In this document: positions 43,074-55,083 of the stretch, in pieces | Layout of the letters: the number at the start of each line of letters is the position of its first letter | Numbering within the stretch: the stretch's first letter is position 1 | Source: Chromera velia | Lineage: Eukaryota | NCBI GenBank assembly: GCA_018398765.1 | Contig: JAHBMJ010000085.1 | Coordinates: 1 to 57,620, forward strand | DNA: 57,620 bases | Reading direction: 5' to 3' | The notes under the pieces: generated by a model | What the model saw: the letters and a program-made list of their open reading frames with translations, nothing else | Databases searched by the model: none | What the model was told of the DNA's origin: nothing | Translations under genes and position numbers: made by a program

Positions 43074-46000
43074 GTCTCTGTCTGCCTGTCTGTGCGCCTG
43101 TCCGATTTTCAGATTCGACTCGGTGTGTCTCGTTCTGATCGGATTTCACTGCTTGATACAGGCAGCCTTCCCTTCTTTCACGATACTAGCCTCGAGTGCC
43201 TTGCTCCACTGCCTGCCTGCCTGTACGTTCGTCTGTGCAATCGCTGGTTTGCATCGTGTGCATTCTCTCGTTTCCCCTCCCCGCCTCCAGCCGTCAGCTT
43301 CAATGAGGATGGTTTGCTTCTAGAGGCCTTTTTCATTTCATTGCTCGCTCCTCGTTTTTCGACGTACCCTAGCTCTTTTCGCATGCATGCAGGATCTTGG
43401 TGTGATGGAAATGGCGCGAAGAATCACTCCAGGCCTGAAAGTTCACGCCTCAACGCAGTGCAGGTAGGAGAGGAAAAAAAAAACGAAAGTTTTAGTTTGT
43501 GCGCGATCGCCTCATGACAGCAGTTCTGTACCTTTATCTATGCATCATGCGTCGAGGCATTCCTTCTTCTCTTCGCATGATGGTCGTCGGCTCAACGCCG
43601 TGGGAAGTTGGAGGGGCCGCAGGGAAGGCGATGCGGACAGAAGAGAAGAGAGGAGAGGAGAGGAGAGGAAAAGAGAAGAGAGAAGAAGACCGGATTCGAT
43701 GTAGGTCGGTGTTGACCGTGCTCGCAATGGACGGAAGAGGCAAACGCATGTAGATGAGAGGTCTTTCTCTCTCTATCTTTCTATCTATTTACTTTTTTGT
43801 GCTGATTGTCTCCTCGATGGGTTGATTGTCTCCTCTTTCTGCTTGTTGCGTAAGCTTGTGTTTCAGTGAGGGTAATGGCTGTCCGGAATGCAGTGACTCC
43901 GATTTGTGTCACGTTGTTCCGTTGATTCTTCTCTTCCTTTTTTTCTGTCTGTCTGCAGTGTGAGCAGCGAAGAGGGTGCACGATTCGTTCGAGACCGAGG
44001 GGCGTCGCGTGTGGTTCTGGCAAGGGAACTCTCTCTTCGGGAGATCGGGAAGGTCTGTTCGTCTTCCTTTCAGTCGATGATCTAGTTGAGTTGGTTGCTC
44101 TCTCTTTCTTCGGCGAGGGAGGGACTCTTTGTGGTTGCTCTCTCTTTTCTTCGGCGAGGGAGGGACTCTCACTCTTTGAGGCCCCAGAGGGAAGAAAGGA
44201 ATCAAGTCAAGTGAACGAACAACTCTAGCTGTTTCCTGCATCCAATCCATTTCATCATCAGCGGCCTCTGCACTGAATGCAGCCAGGATACTTTTTCTCT
44301 TGAAAAGAACGGACGGACAAAGACTCTCGATCCTTCCCAGCCAACTTCACTGCAGCTCTGTGACTCGTTGTTGCCTCAGGTGGTCTGATTATACGAGAGT
44401 TTCATCTTTCTGCTTTCGGTCGGCTGCTTTAGTGTGCCCAGGCGAGTCAGACACTGTGTCTGTTTGCGTACAGAATTGCTGGAGTGGAATAGAGTGGAAT
44501 TAAGTGTGCGTGAATTACAATAAATTCGTGTAGATTCGAGACGCGTTAAATGAGGATGAAAGGAACGGGAAGAGAAACATCGAGCTGGAGGTCTTCGTGC
44601 ACGGGGCTCTCTGCGTGTCGTATTCAGGTCCGTCAACCCTGCCCGCAATGCCATGCATGTACCTCGTCCCCTGCAAACCTTTTTTTGAATAAAATTTTGT
44701 CACGGCAGGAGAGGGGAAGCCATTGGGGTGTGATTCAGCAGAAGTCAGACCGGTGTCAGAAGGTACGAGACGGAAAGAAGCAGCACCGTGAAAGACTGAC
44801 AGTGACAGACAAACCAACCAACCACCGAAGTCTTTGATCGACTGCGGAGCTAGAGTACTGAAGACAGACACAGCGAGAGACCAGGACGGAGCTAGCCCGA
44901 TGAGCCGCTTTCGCCATGCAGGAAACTGACAGGCAGGATGGGTATCTCACGCCACGGATCTTTCTGAAGAATCTGATTCAAAGACTTACCAGTTAGAGGC
45001 ACACAACTCGATGCCGTGCTCCTCGCCCTTTACTCATTCCTTCTCCATAGGTCTCTCGAACTGGGTCTCTCTCGCATTTGATGCGTTTAAATTTTCCCTC
45101 ACATGACTAGTCATCTGTCTTCCTTCCTTCCTTCCTTCTTTCCTTCCTGCACGGAGGGCTCTGCTCTCTCGATCTGCGTGCAGGCCAGTGCCTCTCTTCA
45201 GAAGCTTGGGGGGGGAGGAGTGCGAATAGAGGCAGGTGTGCGCAGGGATGCCGGTTGCCTTACGGCCTTGTGGTCAACGGCACGCTGGAGGAACTGGCGG
45301 ACTTCCGGTAGGCCTAGCTGCAAGGAGAGATCATGCATCTGTTTGGACTTTAACTTTTTTCGTGTTACTCTTCATTTGCTTCTTGAGTGCTTGTGAAGCG
45401 TTGCAAGTGAGTTGGCGACCTGTGGGGGGTCATCCACAGGGCTGGCGAGAGGAAAGTGTCGATAGAGAGTGAATTTGGGTCGTCTCCTTTCACTGGGCGC
45501 AGATCCTTTTTTCCCCAACCTTTTCTTTTCTATTTGAAGCGTCGAGTGGGTCCTTCTGGGGGGGTGGATACAACACTCGCTGTAGATGTGCATGTTACCG
45601 TCCTTTTCTACGATCACGCATCCAGCAGCTGGTCTCTTCCGTTCTGCATGATTTTGCGAGACCTTGGCGTTTGAGTCAGAAACGCAGAAAGACTGTGTGG
45701 ACACCGTGCAACTCACCTCATTCATTGTATGAATTCATGCTGCGTACCTTATCTTAGATTATTCATTCATGCTGAGTGCATGCACATGCATGTGCTCGCA
45801 GGTATCTGTTGAGTCCCCAAGATCTGATGGCTCTGCCTCTTGTTCCCTCTCTGATGGAGGCGGGGGTATCGTGTCTGAAGATTGAAGGAAGACTGAAAGG
45901 ACCCGAGTATGTAGCTGCTGCAACGGGGGCATACAGGCGAGCAGTCGACCGAGCATGGGAACAGGCGGAAGGAGGAGAAATGAAGGAAGAGGAGGGGGGG

Positions 46001-49000
46001 GAGGGAAGTGGGGGAGATATGGAGATGGATGTGGAAGGCATTGAGGGTAGGGAACAAATGGAGGAAACAGGAGAAATGGAAAAGGACGCTCTGATTCTTC
46101 ACCAGGTCAGTTACTAACTTCGAACCAGTCGGGTGCGTTTGTAATTTCTTGATCGAATGATCCTTTGGTTCTCTCCACTCATTCAATTTGACCGATCTTC
46201 TTTCTCTGGCTGGCTGAAGAGCCTAGCTGCCATTGATAAATCCCATGTATACGTACCTAACTTTTCTGAACCCAGAATCGCTCTTCACATTTTTGTGTTT
46301 CCTGCTCTAAGACTAGCCCCCTGGCTTGCCATATCCTCCCTGATGGTCGATCTGCCATGCAAATGTAAGGCAAACTGTCGGTGTACACACACGTCCGTGT
46401 ATGCAGGTATTCTCTCGAGGTCAAGATGCGCAGCACCAAGGACTCACTCCGGGATTCCTGGAGGGGCCCCGGCATCAGAGGCTGGTGAGGGGGTTGAATC
46501 CTCGGCATATCGGCACTCTGTTGGGGGAGGCAACGGTGTCAGTTTCATCAAAACGTGGCTCTGATGGTGGTAGTCTGGTTCTCTCCTGCACGGGGCGAAG
46601 GGGAAAAGGGACAGAGGGCATCTTCCTTTCTGTGGGGGACGGGGTCGTGTTGCATGAGAGTGGTTCGTCTTCCCCTGCGCTCTCGTCGGGAGGCGTTGCA
46701 GGGGGAGAGAGTGGGAAGGAGGGGGTGGGGGAGGACGGGGGAACGGTGAAGGCCCTATGGGTGCCGAGCTCAGATGGCAGCTCTGCAAAGTGGAAACCGG
46801 TACAGAGATTGAAACTGGGAGAGGCCCCAGTATTCCGTGTTGAGATGGAGTCTGCAGGGGGGGCACTTTCTGGGTCTAGAAAATCTTTCCGGGGCCTTCT
46901 CTGGAAGTCGAAGGATGTGGCCATGGAGGCAGAGCTCCGACGGACCTACCGACGAGTGTCTGCAAAGGCGCAGCGTAGAAAGGACGTTGAAGTAGTCGTT
47001 AGACAAAAGTTTGAGGGGGAAGAGAAGGAAGGCGACAGAACGTTTGGTTATCTCGAGATGGAAGCAACGAGCCTCTTTGATGGCGTTTCCGTCTCTGCCA
47101 TAGCCGCATCTCCACTTCAATTTGCCCAAAATCCGAGTACAGCCTTGACAGAGAAGGAAATTGGGGAGGCCATTGGGCCCTTTCTGACAGCAGCTGAGGG
47201 ATCTGCCGGTCCCGACTCCCAACTGTTCAACGTTACAAGTGTCGCCGTCCAGGGCGTTCCTTTTGAGTCGGGACTTTTTCTTCCGAAACGGCAGATCAAA
47301 GCCCTCAGACGGGACGTTGCTGTTCGACTGCAGGACGCAGTGAGGGCAAGGGCAGGGAGGGAAGCCAGGACTGGAACGCAGGCACAAGACGGAGATTCGG
47401 AAGTGTATAGAAAGGATGGTGAAATAGAGGGGGCGGATTCAGAGAATGTCTCAAACTCGCAATCGCGGGAGGGGAACTCCTCCTGCTTTTCCGTTGTGCC
47501 CTGTCTCCCTGTCCCTCACAGACCAGACTCAGAGAGCGCGTCCGAGCTTCTCGAGAGAGGAGCCGAAGAGTCGCAGGATCAACATCTTTCTTTGAGACCA
47601 TTGTGCAGGACGAGAGCGCAAGTGAGTGAATACACTTTGCTTGCCGATCGAGTCTGTGGTTGCAGCTTCATATTGCACTGTCGAAGAATCATCGACTCTC
47701 CCCCCACCTTTCTTTCTCTTTTTCATCCTCTCTCCCGTCTCCTCGTCGGATCCTTTCTTATCTCTGGTTACATATTGCCGCGCGAGGAGGATGTCGGCTT
47801 CCTCCGATTCGAACGTTTTTCTCTCTCTGGCTGACAATCCGCGCATGCTGTGGAAAGAGGTCAAGAAGTGCAGTCAGAAGCTAGCTGGGACTTGGTCTGA
47901 ATAAAGAAAGTCTTTTTCCAGAGTATCGGCTTGTTTCCTCTCAATTCTCTGTTGCTGCCTTTTCTCTTTCCTATCGCGTCAATACTCTTTATCCCTCTCT
48001 CAGGTCGACGCGGCGTTGAGAATCCCCTGGCTGCGCGAGATCGCGTTGGACTTTCTCGAGGTCTTCGGCCTCAAAGAAGCGGTCAAAGCTGTGAAGGCAG
48101 CGGGAAAGAGGGCTATCGTGGCCACGCCCCGCATCCTCAAGCCTGCAGAGGAAAAGATGGTGTCGTTCTTCCTTTCTCTCAAAGCAGATAGCCTCCTGGT
48201 TCGCTCCTCCGGTATGCTGAGACAATTACAGGAACTGGGTGAGCGGGCAGATGCAGATGGTAGCGTTCAAATTGACGGCAGAGCAATACAGAATCTTCAG
48301 ATGCCATCGCTTGAAGCCGACTTTTCCTTGAATGTTGCAAATCCGCTTGCCGCTTTTTCTCTTCTCCAAACGTCCCCTAAAGCGTCAAACGGTCACAGTG
48401 CGCTGTCCGGTCTGACGCCTGCCCACGATCTCTCTGCTCCTCAAATCTGTGAGTTGGCGACCGTTCTCAAACGGTTCCCCTGGGAGGGGGGGCCCAGAGC
48501 TGCCTCGGCAGAGGGAGAGGGAGAGGCAGAATCACGAACAATGGCGCAGGGCCTTGAGGTGGTCGCACACCAGCATCTCCCTGTGTTCCATACGGAGCAC
48601 TGTGTTTTCTGCCGGTCAGGTGGGGGGGTCTTTATTCGTGGGGCAATGAAGTGTAGTCTGAGAGTTGGGGAACGGCCTTACGATGTTTCCTCCCTCCCTC
48701 CCTCCCTTCCAAGTGTTTCCTTCTCGGCGCAACCTGCAGTCAGGTCTTTTCCTTCCTTGGTTTTGCACAGCTGTTGCGGTTCCTTCCAATTTCTCTCCGT
48801 TTATGCCGCGTTCTCGCCTCGTGCCGCCTTGATGGTGTCCTCTGGTCTAATTCCGACCTTGATAAGCATATCAGAATGATTCTTCATGCTCATTTCATTA
48901 ATTCCGTATTTTGAAAATTGTCATCTAGAATTGTCATCATCGAATTAACTCTACCATGACTGACGTTGCAGTTTCCTCACCGGCGGAAAGGGTAACAATT

Positions 49001-50050
49001 ATACAGACTGCGGACACCCCTGTGAACGGTCGAACGTACATCTTCGAGACATGCAGGTAGCCTGCAGGCGTGCATATGCAAGTCTGAATCTGTCGGCTTT
49101 CAGTGATTTGCTCATGCAGTTGCTCTGTTTCTGTCGTTTTGTTCGACTCTTTTGTCGTGGAACGAATTGGATGCAATTCCTCTTCCCCCTCAGTGGACGC
49201 AGTCGAGAGTGCGGTACTCTTCCTTCGCAATTAGAAGGAATTGTGTTTGTTTGCTTGGCTCGGGGATCTGTAGAAGTATTGTGCTTTTTGCTTGCGTGGT
49301 GTGCGTTCTTATGCGTACTCTCAGGGAAAAGACCATCTCGTGCTTGCTGACATGGGCTGTCGGAATACCGTGTTCAACGCAGAAGCGCAGTCGTGCTTGC
49401 CCTTTCTTGGCAGACTGGTGAGGGCAGGCGTGCGTCGCTTCCGGGTGGAGTTTGTGGATGAGCCTGCGGAGGTTGTGGAGGGGGTGTTGTCAAGGTATCG
49501 TTCAGCCCTGAGGCATGCAGAGACGGCGTCGGAGAGAATCAATGCCGAGGCTTCTGAATTTCAGAGAACGGCCATGGAGAGGATGGAGACGGGAAACTTA
49601 GAGGATTCGGACCAGGAGATCTTGTTGTTTGAGGAGCTGAAAAAGTTGAGGGGGGAGACCGCTGGGGCTGTGGAGAAGCCGTTGTCGATGGATCCCCCCC
49701 TTTTGAAGATATGGCGGTGGCTTGCGGACGTGCCAGACTCAAACAGCCGCCGCATGGGGGTATCCCTCGGTTCTTTTTCCCCCCAGAGAGCTGAGAAATC
49801 TGCTGAAGAAATGAAAAGGACTGCAGCAGAGTTGAAGAGCAGAGGAACTCAAGGAACTAGAAATAGGAATATCCGCAGTTCCAAGAATGTCTCAAGGCCC
49901 GACTTGGGTTGCACATCAGAAAAAAATGCATATTTTAGCAAAAACAACGTGCACAAAAAACAAGACGGAGGACCTGCGGTGAAAAAGAAAGGAAAGAAAA
50001 CGAGTTTGGCAGCAAAAGACATCATTTTGCGCAACCGCGTAACATTATGA
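41695..50050 (+). CDS. Plastid-type long peptidase-U32 family Fe-S protein (RlhA/YdcP-like, likely rRNA hydroxylase)
   Basis: Exons 41695-42203, 42439-42550, 42918-42977, 43393-43463, 43959-44052, 44534-44627, 45184-45307, 45802-46105, 46407-47621, 48004-48614, 48972-49056, 49325-50050 give KPEVLAPAG, GADAVYFG..FNARARATNF, DAVIVQDLG, HASTQ, RVVLARELS, ELEVFVHGALCVSYSGQCLSS..SANRGRCAQGCRLPY, YLLSPQDL, LKIEGRLKGPEYV and a C-terminal HTEHCVFC..DCGHPC..DMGCRNTVFNA block. The N-terminus has a signal peptide plus transit-like segment. Confidence 0.92.
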
Positions 50051-50962
50051 GCGAAGGTGCATGAGATAAGCCGACTACTATCTGAAGACGATCGATATTT
50101 GCTTGTGTAGCTTTGCATGTATAGCTAGATGAAAACTAAGATAAAAATTAAAATTATTAAATTGAAATATGTTGTTTTCTAGATCGAAGAAGGAATGCGA
50201 TGCATGCATGGTACTATGCGTTCAGTTATAAGCCTCCGTATATACTGTATATGTGGGGCGTACTATGGTAACTATGCAGGGACGTGCTATAAACACCAGA
50301 ACCTATATTGATCAGGGAATTTGATCCTAGTAAGTAATAACTAGACTACTAGTTCTACTACTGGCACCTAAACTGCTAGCTAAACTGCATGGCAAACAAA
50401 AATTTTGGTAAAAAACTTGGGTAAAAAAATGGGTCAACCCAGAAAAAAAAAGTTAGCCCAACATTTTCTGATCGTTCAATTCGATTAATAATCCATTCCC
50501 TATCCCTGGAACAGTGAGACTTGGTAAATAAACTTAATAACGTTTTTACTGATCGAAACGTAGTTGTTATTCTCAAACGGACTAGCAAACGGACTATGCG
50601 ACGTATATATATACATAAGACGTGAAATGAACTAGAAAGGTCCAGTCAAGGACATCAGTCTAGGCACTTACACGGTTCTCTATACAGGAATAATAATGTA
50701 AGACGTTTGTCCGGCTTCTGCTCTCATCGATCGAGAGTTGTTCTATCAAATCACCCTGACTGTTTCACCATGCAAGCAACTTCACGACATGGATTGACGC
50801 ATGGCATTGCATTTTCTCCGTAATGCCTCAAGCCCCGCCGCACCGATAGGCAACGCAGCGGCTCGGGACCGGCCCAGTCGGGCCGACCAATGCACGCCCG
50901 CCTCCTCTCTATAAGTGGCTGATTACATGCATTCCTTTCGTTTTTTTTTTTTTTTCTTTCTT

Positions 50963-51330
50963 TTACAGGACAATCGGAGATGGGGTCGACGTGACAGAAG
51001 GAGAGGAGAGAGAAGTGAAAAAAGGGAGTAAAAGCTCAATGGACATTGGCTTTGTCAAGGGGTCAGCCACATTTGAATGGGAAGGGACGAACGAAAGGCG
51101 GATGGAAGCTTCATCCAGCGCATCACGGAGGGAAAGGGTGTGCAGGACGAGACTCAGTGTGCAGGGCGATTTTTCGATGATGCCGAGCTGAAGTGACTCG
51201 ATGACGGATTGGAGGACACGCTCGGTTGGACGGGGCATCTCACTGGAAACCAGCTTCAGCAAATCATTGGAGTCTACCCCCACTTCAGCCGTGACTCCTG
51301 CTTTCCAGACGCACCTCAAGACAGGCATGG
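50963..51330 (-). pseudogene. Ty1/copia-type retrotransposon RNase H C-terminal remnant
   Basis: VDSNDL..PTERVL..LRDALDEASIRLSFVPSHSNVADPLTKPM matches the copia pol end motif (N.AD.LTK). No RT or integrase seen upstream. An A-rich tract follows the stop. Confidence 0.75.
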
Positions 51331-51965
51331 GCCGATAGCGATGGCCTATGATGATCATGAGGGCCATGATGATGATGAGGCTTCCGAACAGGCTGAGTCA
51401 ATCAAAATTTTAAAGCGTCGATAGATGAGGAAAGGGCGGGCGCAAACACGGAGGAAGGCAGCTGCAGCAAAACGAATCAAACGATGAAGACAACAAAAGA
51501 ACCGAAGAAAGAGCAAATGAAGTACACGACACTGAACAGCGACTGACAGGGAGAGGCCCATTGAGTGCACGGAACAATCGATCGACGGAGCATGCAGCCA
51601 TTCAATCGAAGACGCCAGTGAATTTTTTATTTACTCCGTTCCTCATCTTCACCTCACCTGCTGGAATTAATCCGTCAGGCACCAGGAGAAGACGCGAACA
51701 AAAAAAAGTCTGCGTATGATTACAAGTAAGGAGCTTCACCCATCTCAGCTGCCCGGGAAGGTAGGGGAAGGCCGCATGGATGCACGCATGCATGTATCTC
51801 TCTCCTCCCTTGCAACCTCTTCTCCATCTTCCCCCCTCCACCCTCTTCTCAGCTGCTCTCTCCCCTCCCCTCCCCTCCCCTCCTGTCCTGAGGGGGAGAC
51901 AGAGGAAACAGTTTGAGAGAGAGAACAAGAGGAGGAAGAGACTGATGAGCAGAGAGAAGAGAAGC

Positions 51966-52407
51966 AAAGAAAGGACGATCGACCCGGTGATGACAACAGG
52001 AGAGAGAGAGCCCCCTGCTATCCCTCCCTCCCCGTCTGCCACCACACACTCCGAGTGAGTTCCCATCTCTCCCCCCTCCCCTCCTCTCCCCTCCCCCCTT
52101 CCTCCCCCCTCACTTCAACATCTTGTTGGCCCTCCCCCCCACGTTGTGGATAGACGTGCAGGTGCCTCCTGCACGTGCCAGACTCCACTCAAAGAAAGGA
52201 CGATCGACCCGGTGATGACAGCAGAGAGAGAGAGAGAACCCCCTGCTATCCCTGGCTGCCCGCCTGCCACCACACACTCCGAGTCTGTTCCCATCTCTCC
52301 CCCCTCCCCCCTTGAAGTTCCTCCCCCCTCACTTAATCATCTTGAAGGCCCTCCCCCCCTCGTTGTGGATGGACGTGGAGATGCCTTCACGTGCCAGACT
52401 CCACTCG
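51966..52407. repeat. Tandem duplication (~220 bp) of the PRMT5 last-exon end and proximal 3' UTR
   Basis: 51966-52190 and 52191-52407 both begin AAAGAAAGGACGATCGACCCGGTGATGACA and end CACGTGCCAGACTCCACTC. Confidence 0.85.
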
Positions 52408-53982
52408 TACCAGACGTAGTGCTCGTCGACGCAGCGCGAGATGCTGAAGCTGCACGGGGAGAGTAGAAGGAAAAGAGACAGGGACGCATGGGGATACGTT
52501 CAAATTTCACGGAAGGAGACACCGGAAAAAAGGAGGGATAGAATATTTTCAGTCTGCATGTAGAAAAAACAAGGGAAAGAAGGGAAGGCAGGAGGAAACT
52601 TGTAGCACAGCATTCATGCCTGCATTCGTTCGTCTTTCTCCCCCCACTGCACGTCCTCTTTTGATTCTTCTCCCTTCCCTTCCCCCACGTTTCCTTTTCC
52701 GCCCCCACACTCCATTCTCGCTGTTGGCCGAAAAGCAGTGAAGTCTTCATACCAACCTACTCACTCACGTGATCTGGTCTCCCTTCTGGACAGACATCGG
52801 CTGCTCGATGGGAAAGAACATAGGGTACCAGGAAGCCAAATCCTGGGTGAAGGTCTCCTTCACAATCGAGATCGCAACATCATCGAACAGATCCGCGTAG
52901 AAATACCCAGCTATGCCGTGGAGCAAAGCATCGGTGGTCATTGTGAACTCCACTTCGGTGCGTCTCCGGTTGTGCGCGTTCGAAGTGAGGAGCTCGTCGG
53001 CGTTCCAGTTGGGGTAGTCAAAGGTGAACAGAGGCTGCGCACCCTCGACGGCGGGGAAGTATGCGGAGACGATGTTGCCGACGTAGGGGGTCTCCAGGCC
53101 AAAGAACTCTTCTTCCGGCTTCTCCAGCTTCTGCAGTCATGACGGAGAAAATAGTACACGCAGGCAGGAAGAAAAAAAAGAGAATTAAAGCGACGGTGTC
53201 AAGCAACCTCCACACAAATCAACTTTCTTTTTCCTTCCCTGCTTTTGCTTTTCCAATCGAGACCGTGCCCGACCCAGGAAAAGAGGCAAAGACGACAACA
53301 GACGATAAAAAAGGCTGGAGAGGCCAAAAAGACGCACAACAAAAAGCCGAAAGGGAAAAAAGGGGAGGCCCTTGCAGAGCTGCACTCTTTCTGATCGAGA
53401 CTTTCGTTTTTGCATGCACGACCCTGACATCACTCGCGTGTTCCTTCCCCCCCCTCCTCCTTTGCCCCCTCTTTCTCTTTCCCGCGCTCTCTTCAGCTGT
53501 CTGACACTGTCTGACCGACCTCGTACATGAACTTGGCGGCTGTCCAGAGCTTCGTGGAGGACACGGGACAGGCGTAGGACACAGACCGCTGAGGGATCGA
53601 GACACCATCTTCTTTCAGGAATCTCTGCGCACCGTCGAGACACTCAGGGGAGAGCTTGTCGTCCCCGAACGAACCCAGGAAATCTGAAACCATGATGTCG
53701 GCCTTGTCCTCGACACTGGCGTCCTTGCGTCTCATGTCGCAGTGGACAATCTGGAGCTTGCTCCAGAAAGGACACGAGCGTGCCTCTCTTTTCTTCTTCT
53801 CGTTCATGCTGATGAAAGCATTCTCGTTCCTCTCGAGGGCCACGAGCTTGATGTCCTGCACGCATGCAGATTGGTGCAGGCTGGAATCAGTACAGACCCA
53901 TTGAGCTCAATCAGATAAAAATCGGTAGAGATGGCTCTCTCTCTCTCTCATACACACACACTGGCAGACACACGCAGACACA

Positions 53983-54021
<39 letters not shown>

Positions 54022-54081
54022 GCCCGCACACGCAGACGCACACACACACACACACACACACACGCACGCCCGCACACGCAG

Positions 54082-54129
<48 letters not shown>

Positions 54130-54143
54130 GCCCGCACACGCAG

Positions 54144-54181
<38 letters not shown>

Positions 54182-54195
54182 GCCCGCACACGCAG

Positions 54196-54233
<38 letters not shown>

Positions 54234-54245
54234 GCCCGCACACGC

Positions 54246-54285
<40 letters not shown>

Positions 54286-55044
54286 NGGGGAGGGAGACGC
54301 CTACAGTGAAAGAAGAAAAAGGAAGAAAAACACAGGAAAAACGTACCACCAGAAAGACTCAAGAACGAAATGCAAGAACATTTCAAAGAGCCACTCTAAA
54401 TGCTGGGATTCAAATGGTTGACAGTGCGAGCAGAAAAGCATGACCCCGTGCTCCGAATACGTACAGCTGGGCACGCATTCATACGGACAGGTTCTAAAGA
54501 CATTTTAGAATTTAAATCAATATTTTTCCTCGCATCGCAAGCAGACCTCTGTCGTCTTGTCGGCTTCCTTGATGGCCTCGATACAGGCATTCACCAGCCT
54601 CTGAGATCCCCTTCCCGCTCCCACAACCGTCAAGACCAGAGGCCCCTCGACGCCTTCCTCCCTCCTCTCCAACACCTTCACGTTCAGAGCCTTCACGAGG
54701 GCTTCCTTGTACCGATCATACTTGACTGGGTCCGTTTCGAGGGCGGAGTACACGTAGGGCTGGAAATTGTTCTGCAAGGAGGAGAGGAAAAGGAAACGAA
54801 ACCAAAGGAATGTAGGGAAAGCGCGGGGAAAATTGATTGACAACAACAGACAAGCTCGCACGCCCGCACAGGCGCAAGCACTCTTTCTCTCTCTCTGACA
54901 TACAGAGACAGGTAGACAGACTCTATGTTTCTTCTTTTCCCTTCTTTTCTTCATGCACAAAGACTGTATGTTTTCTTTCCCTCCTCTTCTTCATGAATAC
55001 AACAGACAAAAAGACAGAAAGCCCAGACAGACAGACAGGCAGAT

Positions 55045-55083
<39 letters not shown>

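Noticed and set aside
41695..50050. Annotation as collagenase or protease
   Set aside because: This is a legacy family name. The conserved Cys cluster matches the Fe-S hydroxylation role established for U32 proteins.
53864..54443. His/Thr- and Cys/Val-repeat ORFs
   Set aside because: They are translations of the intronic CA minisatellite in PRMT5.
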